From Eledone cirrhosa (Eukaryota), in NCBI GenBank assembly GCA_964016885.1, contig CAXHJY010000343.1:62001-126000 (forward strand): DNA of 64,000 bases, written 5' to 3'. A program made the position numbers and the translations under genes. The notes under the pieces are model-generated. The model saw only the letters and a list, made by a program, of their open reading frames with translations. It ran no database searches and was not told where the DNA came from. Numbering within the stretch: position 1 is the first letter of the stretch; each line of letters begins with the position of its first letter. This document shows, one piece after another, positions 12,240-26,263 of the stretch.

Positions 12240-12852
12240 ATTTCTAGCTAGTGATCTTTACATAAAGGAGTCTCACCACTTTTACTTATATATTAAGAAA
12301 TGTAGGTATCGTTAATATATGCTATGTAGTCTAATATAGAAAGGGTCCATAAAAGACTGCAGAACTCCGCTTTGTTCTTCTACAAAGTTGTAATATAGCA
12401 TTCAGTTGGTACACGTAATAAGACATATGACAGCCCAAGACTGATTTTCGACGAAGAAAATTCAAGCATATATTATATAATTCAATCAGAGAGCGTGAGA
12501 GGGGGGCGGGGGTAGAGAGATGTGTGTGTAGAAATATGTGTGTAAGTGCTGTAATAAATCAAGATATTTCACTTCAGATAGAAAAGTTCACAATGTTTGT
12601 GTTGTGGTGGAAAAGGAAATAATACGTACTTTAGTTGTCAAGACCAAATATAAAGTCAAGAAAAGTTAGTAAAAACTAAATGTTCACTGATTTCTGATTA
12701 AAATAATATTTTCCTGTCCTGTAAAATGTTGAACAACCACTTCAATATTTAATAATACAGGTGATAAAACAACAACTATAAGGTAAATAAGTCACCTTAT
12801 GTTGTTTACAAACATTAACGTCCACCTTAATATGAAATAATCACCATAAAAG

Positions 12853-13465
12853 AGGAAGCGAGGGCATCGGCTCTCGGGATCCTGACTGGGATCTTTCGGC
12901 ACCACCTGAGCCAAGCGAGGCTTGGGTGTCAGGTAAGCTCGTTGTATCATCTGGTGGTGTGCTAGACGGCCGTGGCTGGGCAGACAAGGCGAAGAGACAG
13001 TTTCAGCTTCTCCACACTGCGAGGGCACTGGAGGTTTGACGCGTCAAGAAAACACAGGTGAGGTGGTGGAAGCAGCCGCACCCCATCAGTTCCGGCCCCT
13101 CTCCCGTCTATTCGTGGTGCTGCAGGTGTCGACTGCAGGGGATGGAGGATTGGGGGGCATGAAGCGGCATCAGGGGTGAGTGGCTGGTTGTCACCAGCCA
13201 AGTTGCTAGGCACAACTGTGTGGGTGGAAGGGAAAATGCTGATAAGAGGGCCTCATAGCTCACCTACATCAGATATGGAGGCATCAGAAGACAAGAGAGA
13301 AAAGAAGGGGTGCATGGAGAGGGGGGAGACACAAGAAGGTAGAATGTTAGCAAATAAATAAATGAATGAATGGATGAATATACAAAAAAGAAAACAGGGG
13401 GTTGTTCCCAGCGGATAGACCCAGAGTTCAGCACGCACACATGCGAGCATGTTAGCAGTTTCTCA
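12853..13465 (-). mobile_element. GC-rich insertion upstream of ZNF A, probably the 5' end of an unclassified retroelement
   Basis: Abrupt GC increase exactly where homology to the ZNF B upstream region stops (caccataaaaga|); Pro-rich minus-strand reading frame. No diagnostic domain recognised. Confidence 0.35.
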
Positions 13466-13860
13466 TAGAACCTTGTGGCTAAAGGTGAGTCTTTCAATCC
13501 TGAAAACATATGTGTTGTTATTGTCACTGATGATGGAGTTGGCTTCCTCTTGTTAATGGTAGTGGTTGTGTTTGCTGGTAAGATTTTGGTGTATAAACAT
13601 ATATGTTGTTGTTGTTATTGTCACCGCTGCTGTTGCTGCCTTCCTCTTGTTAATGGTAGTGATAATTGTTGGTGCTACCTATATCGGCTGTCAAGCTGGC
13701 TGCTGTATCAGCTTCTGTGAGTGACGCTCCAATGGCCTTCTTGACCAAAGATGCAGGTCAATGGCTCTTAAATATATTCTCTATTTTTTTTCTCTCTTTC
13801 TAATCCGATTCAATATCATCAATTGGAAAGACCAATGGAAACATTGTTTTCCTGGTCCAA

Positions 13861-14690
13861 TGTGATGAGTTCCACTCCACTTGGTAAGTAAGGTTTGAGA
13901 TGTTGAGATTTATTACAAAAAAAATCACTAAAATCAAGATACTGGGTTGGTATAACTACCTGGTTTATATGTGTCTGTGGTGTGGTATGTGGTGTTGTGG
14001 TGTTTTGATGTGGTGTGTGCGTGTGCAGTGTGATATGTTGTTGATTGTGTGTAGTGTAAAGAGGAAATTACACACACATAGGACCTAGAAGGGGTGTGTG
14101 AGGACTCTACCCCCTACAACCCTCTCAGAAATAAATGGCTCAAGAAAAAGAGAAGAAAGTTGTAAAGTATTTTCAAATGTGAATTATTTTTTTAAAAAGT
14201 CAAAATTTCAACTGTCATGAAAGTACCATCCAACAAATATTAAAGTTATGCCATTGTTTTTATTTACACATAAATGTAGATATTTTGTCATAAATATAAA
14301 TATAAACCAGTTAAGGTTTACTAAATAAACGCATGAATGTTTTTTTTTTTTTAATGATGTAGTCATAGGGGTGTCACTGGACATTTGAAGCTTGGTGGAG
14401 CCCTTCACTCTCCAGGTTTGAACAGATGATTTCTTCCAGAGGAGAGAGAATAAGAGGTAGGAAGTGAGATAGAAATATAGAGAGGTAAAACAGACCCCAG
14501 TGATAGACTGGTATTGTTTTTTATCAACCTTGAAAGGAGGAAAGAAAGTTGACCTCAGCAGGATTTAAACTCAGAGAACAGAGAACCAGGACAAATATGG
14601 CAGAAAGCATTCTATCTATTGTTTTATAGACTTTAAATAAATGTTCTACTTTTAACTCAAGGCCAGCAATTTGAAGAGAAAGGGGAATGT
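13861..14690 (-). other. Orphan extra copy of the ZNF 3'-flank cassette (no coding part)
   Basis: Aligns with 9903-10710 and with the reverse complement of 42580-43390. Confidence 0.85.
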
Positions 14691-14819
14691 TGTGAGAGCT
14701 TAACTCAAATCGTGAAGACTGGAAGAGGAGATGACGAAGGAGCGCATTTAGTGGAGAGATGTCATGCTAAGAAGGACCCGTCCAACCCATGCAGGCATGG
14801 ATAGTACATGTAATGATGA

Positions 14820-15650
14820 TACACAAAATATACACAATATATATATATAAATAATATGTATATAGTGTATGTGCTACATATACACAATATATACACTATA
14901 TATATATATATGTGTGGAGGCACATGGCTTAATGGTTAGAGCATTGGCCTTGCAATCGAAAGGTTGTGAGTTCAATTCTCAGACCGGGTGATGTGTTGTT
15001 TCCTTGAGCAAGACACTTTATTTCACATTGCTCCAGTTTACTCAGCTGTAGAAATGAGATGATAGGGACTGGGGTCCCTATCATTCCACTGTAAAGTGGT
15101 CGTGGAGGTGCCACGGCAAAAAAGCACCCAGCACTCATTGTAAATGAGGTTGGTGTTAGGAAGGGCATCCAGCTGTAGAAATCAAGCCAGAATCAGTTCC
15201 CGTCCCACCCTTGCAAGCAGGGAAAAGTGAATGTAAAATGAAATGATGATGATGATGAATGATAAATAATATGTATATAGTGTATGTGCTACATATACAC
15301 TATATATATATATATATATATATAATATGTATATAGTGTACATGCTACATATACACAAAATATACACTATATATATATATATATATATGTATATAGTGTA
15401 CGTGCTACATATACACAAAATATACACTATATATTTATATAAATACTATGTATATAATATGTGTGCTACATATACACAATATATATACATATAAATAATA
15501 TGTATATGCTATATATATACACTATATATATATATATAAATACTATGTATATAGTGTATGTACCACATATACACAATATATACACTATATATAAATACTA
15601 TGTATATAGTGTATGTAGCACATATACACAATATATACACTATATATATA
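14820..15650. repeat. AT-rich minisatellite (tatagtgtatgtgctacatatacacaatatatacac...) hosting SINE and RTE insertions
   Basis: The unit recurs at 16052-16180 and, inverted, at 52210-52535 and 54940-55070. Confidence 0.85.
14914..15259 (+). mobile_element. tRNA-derived SINE with an RTE-like 3' end and (GAT)n tail
   Basis: A box TGGCTTAATGG, B box GAGTTCAATTC, central tccttgagcaagacactttatttcac, then gttggtgttaggaagggcatccagctgtagaaa shared with RTE 3' UTRs. Confidence 0.8.
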
Positions 15651-16052
15651 TCATCATCATCGTTTAACGTCCATATTCCACGCTTGCATGGGTTTGGACG
15701 GGAGTTTTCCCACTTGAGGCAAGAGTGGTTGTCTTGCTAGCATAGGACTGTCTGGCGGGTTTTCTACGGCTGGATGCCCTTCCTAACACCAACCACATTT
15801 ACAGTGTGGGGCTGGGAGTTTTTTACCGTGTTGCCTACACGGCCACATTACGGCGTGCACTGTGTGTTTTTTTGTCGTGACACCTACACAACCTCATTTG
15901 TTTCGGCCTGGATGTTGTGGTACCAACATAACTTTACATTGAAAGGGGTGGTGGGGGTGATGTGACGGGGGTGTATTTTGTTAGCGATGCCTACTGACTG
16001 TAGAAGGTTTACTTTGTATTTAGGTAAGGCGGGTCTTCTCTATTACTGAGTA
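15650..16052 (-). mobile_element. RTE LINE 3' end; counterpart of 54525-54940
   Basis: Reverse complement of the 3' UTR and tail of the 52.5-54.9 kb RTE. Confidence 0.9.
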
Positions 16053-17449
16053 TATATATATAAATACTATGTATATAGTGTATAGTATATACACAATATA
16101 TACACTATATATAAATACTGCATATATAAAGTATATGCTACATATAGACAATATATAAACTATATATATACTACATACACATTATATATAATGTTGTCCA
16201 AGGGAATAGCTGAAACAACTTGGCACCAATGACAACATAGATCATCATTTAATGTCTACTTTCCCTGCTAGCAAGGGTGGGACAGGTCTTTACAAACCAG
16301 GGGGCAGTGGTTATTCTACATTCTACTGACTGTATTTTATTGTGGCACCAGTACTAAAGAGGTTGTCATGTCTTTGACAGAGCTGAAGAGTCCTCCTAAA
16401 CCTTTGTTTGGCAAGAGAAGAAAGTTGTAAAGTATTTTCAAATGTGAATTATTTCTAAAAAAAGTCATAATTTGAACTGTCATGAAAGTACCATCAACAA
16501 ATATTAAAGTTATAAAATTGTTTTTATTTACACATAAATGTGGATATTTTGTCATAAATATAAACATAAACCAGTTAGTGTTTGTAAAATAAACACATAT
16601 AAACACATCAATCTTGTTTTGTTTTTCTTGCACTGATGGAGTCATAGGGGTGTCACTGTGGACATTTGAAACTTGGTGGAGCCCTTCACTCACCAGGTTA
16701 GAACAGGTGATTTCTTCCAGAGAATGAGAGAGAGGAAGTGAGAAAGAAATATAGGGAGGAAGAACAGACCCCTGTGGTAGACTGGTACTTTTTTGTTATC
16801 AACCTTGAATGGATGAAAGGCAAAGTTGACCTCAGCAGGATTTAAACTCAGAGCAGAGAACCAGAACAAATATGGCAGAAAGCATTCCATCCATTGTTTT
16901 ATAGACTTTAAATAAATGTTTCTACTTTTAACTCAACCCCAGTGCATTACTGGTACTTTTTTAAACCCAGAACATAAAGGGCTGTAACTATATGACACAA
17001 AGAATGTTGTCTGATGCTCTACAGATTCTGCCAATCCACCACCCTCAGCAATAAAATAAGATTGTGTCTCTATAAGAAACCTCAATGACAAATATGAAGT
17101 AGAACTTTCTACAGAGTGTATTTGTGGATTACAATACAAAACCTGAGAATAATTTCCAACATATTTCACCATAATAAATGTTCATTAATATATATTATTA
17201 TTTCGTGGCATTCTTGAGATCATTAATCCCTACCTGAACATCCCTAGACATCTGATCTATGTAGGTCATTTCCAGTCATCTCACTAGGGTTTTACTATGT
17301 TTAGGTATCCACCACAGGAGCCAGCTTATCAGGTCATCCCTTCTTCAGTAGGAATGTCTGGCATATCTTGTCCTTCGCTCCCTAGTTATTGTAGTAATCT
17401 TCAATATATGGCAGTATACTTCTTCCATTTGATAGAGTATATATATATA

Positions 17450-17897
17450 GATGCATATGAAGGATGACAGCTGCATTAAAAGGTGCAGAGCACTAAATGT
17501 CGCTGGAAGCCTTGGAGTGGGGAGATCCAGGAAGACCCGGGATGAGGTGATAAAAGCTGACCTTGCCCAATTGCACCTCTCAAAAGCGATGACGCAGGAC
17601 GGTGCCCTCTGGCATCATGCAGTAATACAGAAGACCTGACTTCACACGGCTACAAGCCGAAGCTGAAGCATATAGACAAATATGTCCTCATCCCCACCCA
17701 CTGCAAAGTGGTCAACAAAAAAGCCCCCAGCCCCCAGATTAAAGTGGCTGTGTAGGCACCATGGTAAAAAAGGCACCTAGCACACACAGTAAATGAGGTT
17801 TTGTGTTAAGAAGGACATCAAGCTGTAGAAATCAAGCCAAAATCAGTTCCCGTACGAGCAAGACGAGGTCACATGACGTAAAACGGTGATGATGATA
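17450..17897 (+). mobile_element. RTE LINE 3' fragment downstream of ZNF B (mirrored at 50416-50912)
   Basis: MHMKDDSCIKRCRAL...GRSRKTRDEVI; 3' UTR and (gat)n tail. Confidence 0.9.
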
Positions 17898-17993
17898 AGT
17901 ATAAGATAAGGATTTTTCAAGCTTCACATTTTATATTCTTCCTTCCAGAGTGTGTCTGTATATGTGTGTTTCACATTTCACAGTGATGGGGTT

Positions 17994-18305
<312 letters not shown>

Positions 18306-19412
18306 TTAATAAGCTTTTTCTCCTGTGTGTATTCTTTTGTGATCTACAAGTGTAGAATTACTAGAAAAAGATTTCCAACATATTTCACAATGGAAGGGTT
18401 TCTCTCCTGTGTGTATTATTTTGTGATCGACAAGATGAGAATTACAAGAAAAGGATTTCCCACATATTTTACATGAATAAGGTTTTTCTCCTGTGTGTAT
18501 TCTTTTGTGATCTACAAGTGTAGAATTACAAGAAAAGGATTTCCCACATATTTCACATGAATAAGGTTTCTCTCCTGTGTGTGTTCTTATGTGTTTTACA
18601 AGACTAGAATTACAAGAAAAAGATTTCCCACATATTTTACATGAATAAGGTTTTTCTCCTGTGTGTATTCTTTTGTGTTCGACAAGACTAGAATTACAAG
18701 AAAAAGATTTCCCACATATTTCACATGAATAAGGTTTTTCTCCTGTGTGTATTCTTTTGTGATCGACAAGACTAGAATTACAAGAAAAAGATTTCCCACA
18801 TATTTCACATGAATAAGGTTTTTCTCCTGTGTGTATTCTTTTGTGTCTTACAAGATGAGGACTACGAGACAAAGATTTCCCACATATTTCACATGAATAA
18901 GGTTTCTCTCCTATGTGTATTCTTTTGTGATCTACAAGTTGAGGACCACGAGAAAAAGATTTCCCACATATTTCACATGAATAAGGTTTCTCTCCTGTGT
19001 GTATTCTTTTGTGATCTACAAGTGTAGAATTACTAGAATAGGATTTCCCACATATTTCACATGAATAAGGTTTTTCTCCTGTGTGTGTTCTTTTGTGAAC
19101 TACAAGATTAGAATTACAAGAAAAGGATTTCCCACATATTTCACATGAATAAGGTTTTTCTCCTGTGTGTATTCTTTTGTGACGTACAAGACTAGAACCT
19201 TGAGAAAAGGATTTCCCACATATTTCACATGCAAAAGGTTTTTCTCCAGTGTGTGTTCTTATATGCCTTTTTAAATCACTTTTCGAGACACAAGATTTCC
19301 CACATATTTCACAATGGAAGGGTTTTTCTCCAGTGTGTATTTTCTCGTGTGAGGATAGTTTCAGTTTTGAAGGGAAAGTTTTCCTACAAATCTCACAGCT
19401 ATATTCAGACAT
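18306..19412 (-). CDS. C2H2 zinc-finger protein, locus B, 13 tandem fingers (368 aa); the stop appears premature
   Basis: Uninterrupted ATG-initiated ORF with 13 CxxC-x12-HxxxH repeats and TGEKP linkers. Confidence 0.85.
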   Translation of the reverse strand: MSEYSCEICRKTFPSKLKLSSHEKIHTGEKPFHCEICGKSCVSKSDLKRHIRTHTGEKPFACEICGKSFSQGSSLVRHKRIHTGEKPYSCEICGKSFSCNSNLVVHKRTHTGEKPYSCEICGKSYSSNSTLVDHKRIHTGEKPYSCEICGKSFSRGPQLVDHKRIHIGEKPYSCEICGKSLSRSPHLVRHKRIHTGEKPYSCEICGKSFSCNSSLVDHKRIHTGEKPYSCEICGKSFSCNSSLVEHKRIHTGEKPYSCKICGKSFSCNSSLVKHIRTHTGEKPYSCEICGKSFSCNSTLVDHKRIHTGEKPYSCKICGKSFSCNSHLVDHKIIHTGEKPFHCEICWKSFSSNSTLVDHKRIHTGEKAY

Positions 19413-20362
19413 ATTTCTAGCTAGTGATCTTTACATAAAGGATTCTGACCACTTTTACTGATACATTAAGATATGTAGGTATGGTTAATAGATGCCATGT
19501 ATTCTAATATACAAAGGGTCCATAAAAGACTGCAGAAGTCCACTTTCTTCTTCTACAAAGTTGTAATGTAGCATTTAGTTGGTAAAGTAATAAGACATAT
19601 GTCAGCGTAAGACTGATCTTGGATGAAGAAAAGGCAAGTGCTTATATATATATATGTGTGTGTGTGTGTGATTATTGTGGAATATTCCACTATTATTATT
19701 GTTAAGGTGAGAGAAGCTCTATTCACAATAAAATCCTCAGCTCATAAAACAGACGAATAGTTAAGGTTCTTGTTATTGAGGACAGTTCAGGTGACAAGAG
19801 AATTAATATCCATAATTTCAAAAGAAGGTTAATATATATACATATATATATATATATATACAGACATACAGTGTGTAGGTATGAGAGAGAGTAATAGACG
19901 TATGTGTGTGTGTAGGTGTTGTAATAAATCAAGATATTTCACTTCAGATAGAAAAGTACACAATGTTTGTGTTGTGGTGGAAAACGAAATAATACGTACT
20001 TTAGTTGTCAAGACCAAATATAAAGTCAATAAAAGTTAGTACAAACTAAATGTTCACTGATTTCTGATTAAAATAATATTTTCCTGTCCTGTAAAATGTT
20101 GAACAACCCCTTCAATATTTAATAATACAGGTGATAAAACAACAACTATAAGGTAAATAAGTCACCTTATGTTATTTACAAACATTAACGTCCACCTTAA
20201 TATGAAATAATCACCATAAAAGATAAAATTAGATGAGGTTTAAGTTGTAACAATGGAGCTGATATAAATGGTAATATTTCACCGTCCAGTTGACACCGGT
20301 GTCATCACTTAAAAGTCCCCCACATAATTTAATACATTCAGAAACAACTTCCGTTATATGAA

Positions 20363-20624
20363 CTAGCAGAAAACCACCCGAAAGTAGCATGTGTAGTGTG
20401 TATATTGATATTATACGCAGGTATATATGATACATGTATATTATGATTTTATTTGATGTATCATATCTACATGTATATATATATGCCTGCGTATAATATC
20501 AATATACACACTACACATGCTACCTTCGGGTGGTTTTCTGATAGCATGTGTAGTGTGTATATTGATATTATACGCAAGTATATATATATACATGTAGATA
20601 TGATACATCAAATAAAATCATAAT
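20363..20624. repeat. Nested fold-back repeats upstream of ZNF B (counterpart 48379-48600)
   Basis: cagaaaaccacccgaaagtagcatgtgtagtgtgtatattgatattatacgcagg and its reverse complement, plus a second overlapping inverted pair. Confidence 0.85.
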
Positions 20625-20669
20625 TTACAATATATAATTGTTTCTACGTTAGGCACAAGACCAGCAAAT

Positions 20670-20826
20670 ACTCAGTGTATTACTGGTACTTTATTTTATC
20701 GACCCCGTAAGGATGAAAGGCAAAGTTAACATCGGCGGGATTTGAACTCAGAATGGCAAGGGCCGTAACTCTATGCATCAAAGTATGGCGTCCGACCCTC
20801 TACCAATACTGCCAATCCACCGCCTT
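20670..20826 (-). mobile_element. Octopus-type tRNA-derived SINE (second copy ~21440-21590)
   Basis: Reverse complement of ggcggtggattggcag...ctgagttcaaatcccgccga...ctttgcctttcatccttacggggtcgataaaataaagtaccagt. Confidence 0.8.
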
Positions 20827-21030
20827 AAAGTACCAGTAATGAACTGGGTATTTGCTGGCCTTGTGCCTAAAGTAGAAACAAATATATAATACACAGACAT
20901 TGAACGAAGACTGTGTTACACTGTCTTATGTAATCAGTAACGTAATCCATGATACATTAAAAAAGACGATATTATATATAAACTGCATTAGGAGAAAATT
21001 AGTGACAGAAAATTAATAGTTTATTGAAGT

Positions 21031-21048
21031 GATGGCCAACCGGAAGTG
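21031..21048. promoter_or_regulatory. Candidate ETS (CCGGAAGTG) plus YY1-like (ATGGC) promoter motif, conserved at 48004-48021
   Basis: gatggccaaccggaagtg lies ~1.6 kb upstream of both B and B' start codons. Motif match only. Confidence 0.3.
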
Positions 21049-22366
21049 TTGACATTTCAGAAATTTTAAAGAAGTGAATCTTTAAATAAACAAAATATAT
21101 TTAATTAACAGCCACGAAATTTAGTAGATAAATTATGTAATATTCATTCATTATTTATTCAAAATAATCCAACTTATTTTACTAATGGGATAAACAATTA
21201 TAAACCGTACGCAGTCCCATGCTCCTCCTTTTATTATAGTTTAGATTCATACGTTCAATAGATATGGTAGTACTTTATTCAGATTTGAATAAATAACGTT
21301 ATTAATGTTATATAACTGTTCATATTAAACCAAAACACATTATTAAAGGTAATAAAATATTTAAGTTATGGAAAAAAAACAAACGAATCAAACAACGAAA
21401 ATAATTGTTTCTACTTTTGGCACAAGGCCAGTAATTATCCTAGTGTATTACTGGTACTTTATTTTATCGACCTCGTAAGGATCAAAGGCAAAGTTAACCT
21501 CGGCGGGATTTGAACTCAGATCATAAAGGGAGGTAACTCTATGCTACAAAGCTTGGCGTCCGACGCTCTACCGATACTGCCAATCTAACGAAAATAACGG
21601 GAGAGGGACAGACTTTATATTTCAGTCTGAGCTGTGATTCAGCCCCACCCTACAGACAAAATGGCAAAGGTGTTACCACAGAGAATAGCCAGAGACCCCC
21701 CACTACAACATCCACCCCACCTCATGAGACTACTTCCTCAAGTGGGCTGCAGTGTTTCTAATTTTGAGAAGGAAATCAGCAGTGTGGGGACAAAGAGGAA
21801 GTGGTTTGTCAGGCCCCGGTATTTAACTATCTCCCTCTTCTCTCTATTGCAGGTAGTGAAGCCAGGGTTTGTGGCCACAGGGAAAATGTTGGAGGCAGGG
21901 AATGATCCAACCCATGCTAAACCTCCAACTAAAGCTGATACTTGTCTGTTTCAGCTGTGGAGATTAGAGACATGTGGAATGATGTGTCTTGCTTAAGGAC
22001 ACAATGTACCTCCCTAACTGAGAATTGAAAACATGATATTACCATAAGTTGTATGACTTCACTATACAATATATATGTGTTTGTATACATATATATAGTA
22101 TATATTTGTGTGTATACATTGTCTCATTCCATGAGAGTAACTTGGTCAGTCTATGAACTCCTCATCCAACCCTTCTATATGTATATACATGTTTGTCAGT
22201 GTGTGTGTACATATGTATATAGAATATTGTCACAACTACTATATACACCACATATACACTGTATATAATATTGTCCAATATATATAGACTATATGTCATG
22301 TTGTCCAAGGGAAAGGCTGATATAGATCAGCACCAGTGACATTACAACTATTATATACACTATATA

Positions 22367-23189
22367 TCATCATCATCGTTATCATTTAACGTCTGTCTTC
22401 CACGCTAGCATGGGTTAGACGGGAATTTTCCCACTTGAGGCAAGATTGATCGGGTGAGCGTATAGGACTGTATCTGGCAGGTTTTCTAAGGCTGGATGCC
22501 CTTCCTAACACCAACCACATTTCCAGTGTGGACTGGGAGTCTTTTCGTGATGACACCTACACTACCTCTTTAGTTTGGACTGGATGTTGTGGTACCAACA
22601 TAACTTTACAGAGACAGGGTGGTGTTGGTGGGAGTGGGAGGATGGAGTAGGGGTTGTGGGTTGGGGTGTATATTTGGTGAGGAGGGGGCCTACTGACTGT
22701 AGGTTAACTTTGCACGTAGGCAAAGCAGGTCTTCTCTGTTACTGTGTGGCACCATATATCTCAATCCAGTGACATTGTCTTAGAGAGGTGTAAGTGTGCA
22801 AGGTTGGATTTTATGTCGTCTCAGGTTTTTCTGGGTCTACCTACTCCGTAACTTCCATCAAATTTGATCACCCTGCACTTTTTTATAAAGCTGTCATCTT
22901 TCATGCGCATCACATGACCATACCAACGTAACCTTCTCTCAAGTAAACAGCATCTGATCCCTCTTATTCCTAATTCTCACTTAGTTCATTTATGTTTTCC
23001 CGTTCATGTATATTACAATTACACGTCCAACAGAGCATGCATGCTTCGTTCCTTTCCAATCTGTGCAGGTCCTCTGCACACAATGCCCATGTCTCACTGC
23101 CATGTAACATTGCTGTTCGTATACACGCATCATACAACCTGCCTTTCATTTTTAGAGAAACTTTTTGTGTCCAGCAGCGGTATTAGCTC
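22367..23189 (-). mobile_element. RTE LINE 3' part; inverted copy of 45901-46740
   Basis: Near-identical reverse complement, including shared inactivating indels. Confidence 0.9.
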
Positions 23190-23620
23190 ATTGTGACATG
23201 TGAGAGAAACCATTCTCTTTGAATGTTACATTAACTACACACAAACATATACAGGAGAGGAACTATATCACTATGATGTCTGTGGTAAATGCTTCTCTAA
23301 ATTCTGTGACTTTACTACACACTAACATATACAGGAGAGGAACCATATCACTGTGATGTCTGTGGTACCTCACTCTCTAAATGTTGTGGCTTCACTACAT
23401 ACTAACATATACAGGAGAGGAACCATATCACTGTGGTGTCTGTGGTACCTCACTCTCTAAATGTTGTGACTTTACTACACACTAACATATACAGGAGAGG
23501 AACTATATCACTGTGATATCTGTGGTACCTCACTCTCTAAATGTTGTGGCTTCACTACACACTAACATATACAGGAGAGGAACCATATCACTGTGATGTC
23601 TGTGGTACCTCACTCTCTAA
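23190..23620 (+). pseudogene. Degenerate C2H2 finger amplified as an 80-bp tandem repeat (x5)
   Basis: caggagagg recurs at 23252, 23332, 23412, 23492 and 23572; the unit reads TGEEPYHCDVCGTSLSKCCGFTTH*. Confidence 0.85.
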
Positions 23621-23749
23621 AATTTGTTTGCTTTTAAGAAACCACTGGTAAATGAAATAATTGCCTTATGTTATTTATTACATAACTATTAAGCTCTGTT
23701 ACCTACATAGAGCACTCTTTTTTCCTGGACTTTTCCGACGGAATTACTT

Positions 23750-23784
<35 letters not shown>

Positions 23785-24085
23785 GAAAAAAATGAAACAA
23801 AATTTCATTTCCCACTCTTAGTACGGTTGTTACTTAAATATAAGTATGTACACGTACATACATATATGTATACAGACGTACAGTAGTATGTATATATATA
23901 TATACATACATGCACACATATATATATATGTACGTATGGATTCACCAAACATTCATTACAATGCTCGGTGTGTTTGTAAACAAACATCCCGTATTAAGCC
24001 GTAGTGTCCAGCAACCATCGTTGCTCGTTTGTTCAACACTGACAAAGGAACGCTGTACTAGTTTCAAGCTTGTTAGCTATCGTCA

Positions 24086-24220
24086 GCAACGTATACCTTC
24101 CTGCTGATATGCAAATTGGGCTACTCAGCCATTAATATGCATAAGGAAATTATATACTTTCGGACGTTCAACCATCTGGCAGGAAGGTATACGTTGCAAT
24201 TTGTATATAATAGGGGTTAA
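24086..24220. mobile_element. Possible piggyBac-like transposon end with an internal 19-bp inverted repeat
   Basis: gcaacgtataccttcctgc / gcaggaaggtatacgttgc; ends in ...ggggTTAA. Confidence 0.35.
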
Positions 24221-25042
24221 TTTGAAGCAGAAAATGTTGGGGACCACTTAAGACAACAAATCGTCCTTTTTATTTTATAACAATTATTATTATTATTATC
24301 ATATATATATATATTTTAGTCAACTTTGCTCCTCTCCTAAATCTGCTGCTCTTGAGCCTAATTTACAAATCAATAGAGATTTAACTAGTTTTAGCAAATA
24401 ATATTTGTTGTTTCATATTTCTTGAAACATTTCTTATAATTGACTGTGACTAACAACAATCAGTAAACTATACCATCAATACCCCCCAATGATACAAACC
24501 TGCACAGTGTGGAAGAATTCTCTCAGGCATGGAGAACACTAGGTACCAGTTACCTTGTGGTCCCAGGAGAGGACAGAATGGTGAAAGGGGGTTACCCTGG
24601 AGGACAGCAAGTGAGATGTGTTGAAATAGCTTTTAAAACTTGTGGGGCTCTCACCTGTGTGTGGCCAACTCCACCCTGATAACAGTTAGTAGGGAGCTGA
24701 TATAGGGACCAAGTCTGACAATTGTCTCCACCACTATAGTTTAACAAGACACTCCTGTGTGTGGCTAACTCCACCATGATAACAGTTAGTAGGGAGGTAG
24801 TTTAGGGACCAGAATGCCAGAAATCTCCATTACTACAACTTCAACAACAAACAACTAATACTTCAACAGTTTGTGATCTTTTGTGACTAAGTTTTAATTT
24901 TTCTTGTTACTTTAGGGAAACAATGATATCAACAAAGTTAGTGGCCCTATAACCAGGATATTGTCAAATTTCTAAATTTCAGTTGTAAAATATACAAAGA
25001 GTGATAGAATTTCAGTCATTTTAAACAACATTGAAGTGTTTG

Positions 25043-26263
25043 TTTTAGATGTATTAAAACTGCTTACAAGATGATATCATACATATGGTGTTAATAACAG
25101 AGATTTAGATGGGTGTTAGATGTATTAAAACTACTCACAAGATGATATCATACATATGGTGTTAATAACAGAGATTTAGATGGGTGTTAGATGTATTAAA
25201 ACTACTCACAAGATGATATCATTACATATGGTGTTAATAACAGAGATTTAGATGGGTGTTAGATGTATTAAAACTACTTACAAGATGATATCATTACGTA
25301 TGGTGTTAATAACAGAGATTTAGATGGGTGTTAGATGTATTGAAACTACTAACAAGATGATATCATTAAATATGGTGTTAATAACAGAGATTTAGATGGG
25401 TGTTAGATGTATTAAAACTACTTACAAGATGATATCATTACATGTGGTGTTAATAACAGAGATTTAGATGGGTGTTAGATGTATTAAAACTACTTACAAG
25501 ATGATATCATTACATATGGTGTTAATAACAGAGATTTAGATAGGTGTTAGATGTATTAAAACTACTTACAAGATGATATCATTACATGTGGTGTTAATAA
25601 CAGAGATTTAGATGGGTGTTAGATGTATTAAAACTACTTACAAGATGATATCATTACATATGGTGTTAATAACAGAGATTTAGATAGGTGTTAGATGTAT
25701 TAAAACTACTTACAAGATGATATCATTACATGTGGTGTTAATAACAGAGATTTAGATGGGTGTTAGATGTATTAAAACTACTTACAAGATGATATCATTA
25801 CATATGGTGTTAATAACAGAGATTTAGATGGGTGTTAGATGTATTAAAACTACTTACAAGATGATATCATTACATATGGTGTTAATAACAGAGATTTAGA
25901 TGGGTGTTAGATGTATTAAAACTACTTACAAGATGATATCATTACATATGGTGTTAATAACAGAGATTTAGATGGGTGTTACATGTATTAAAACTACTTA
26001 CAAGAAGATATCATTACGTATGGTGTTAATAACAGAGATTTAGATGGGTGTTAGATGTATTAAAACTACTTACAAGATGATATCATTACATATGGTGTTA
26101 ATAACAGAGATTTAGATGGGTGTTAGATGTATTAAAACTACTTACTAGATGATATCATTACATGTGGTGTTAATAACAGAGATTTAGATGGGTGTTAGAT
26201 GTATTAAAACTACTTACAAGATGATATCATTACATATGGTGTTAATAACAGAGATTTAGATGG
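25043..26263. repeat. 72-bp minisatellite, ~17 near-identical copies
   Basis: Unit gtgttagatgtattaaaactacttacaagatgatatcattacatatggtgttaataacagagatttagatgg; line phase repeats every 360 bp (5 x 72). Confidence 0.95.

Noticed and set aside
14914-14995. tRNA-like A/B boxes
   Set aside because: Head of a SINE followed by SINE body and LINE tail; not a tRNA gene.
18306-18308. Editing rescue of the ZNF B TAA stop
   Set aside because: It would need two edits and would place Trp at a Ser/His linker position; a simple TCA>TAA mutation explains it.
25043-26263. Regular repeat array resembling a CRISPR
   Set aside because: Contiguous 72-bp units with no unique spacers, no cas genes, eukaryotic context.
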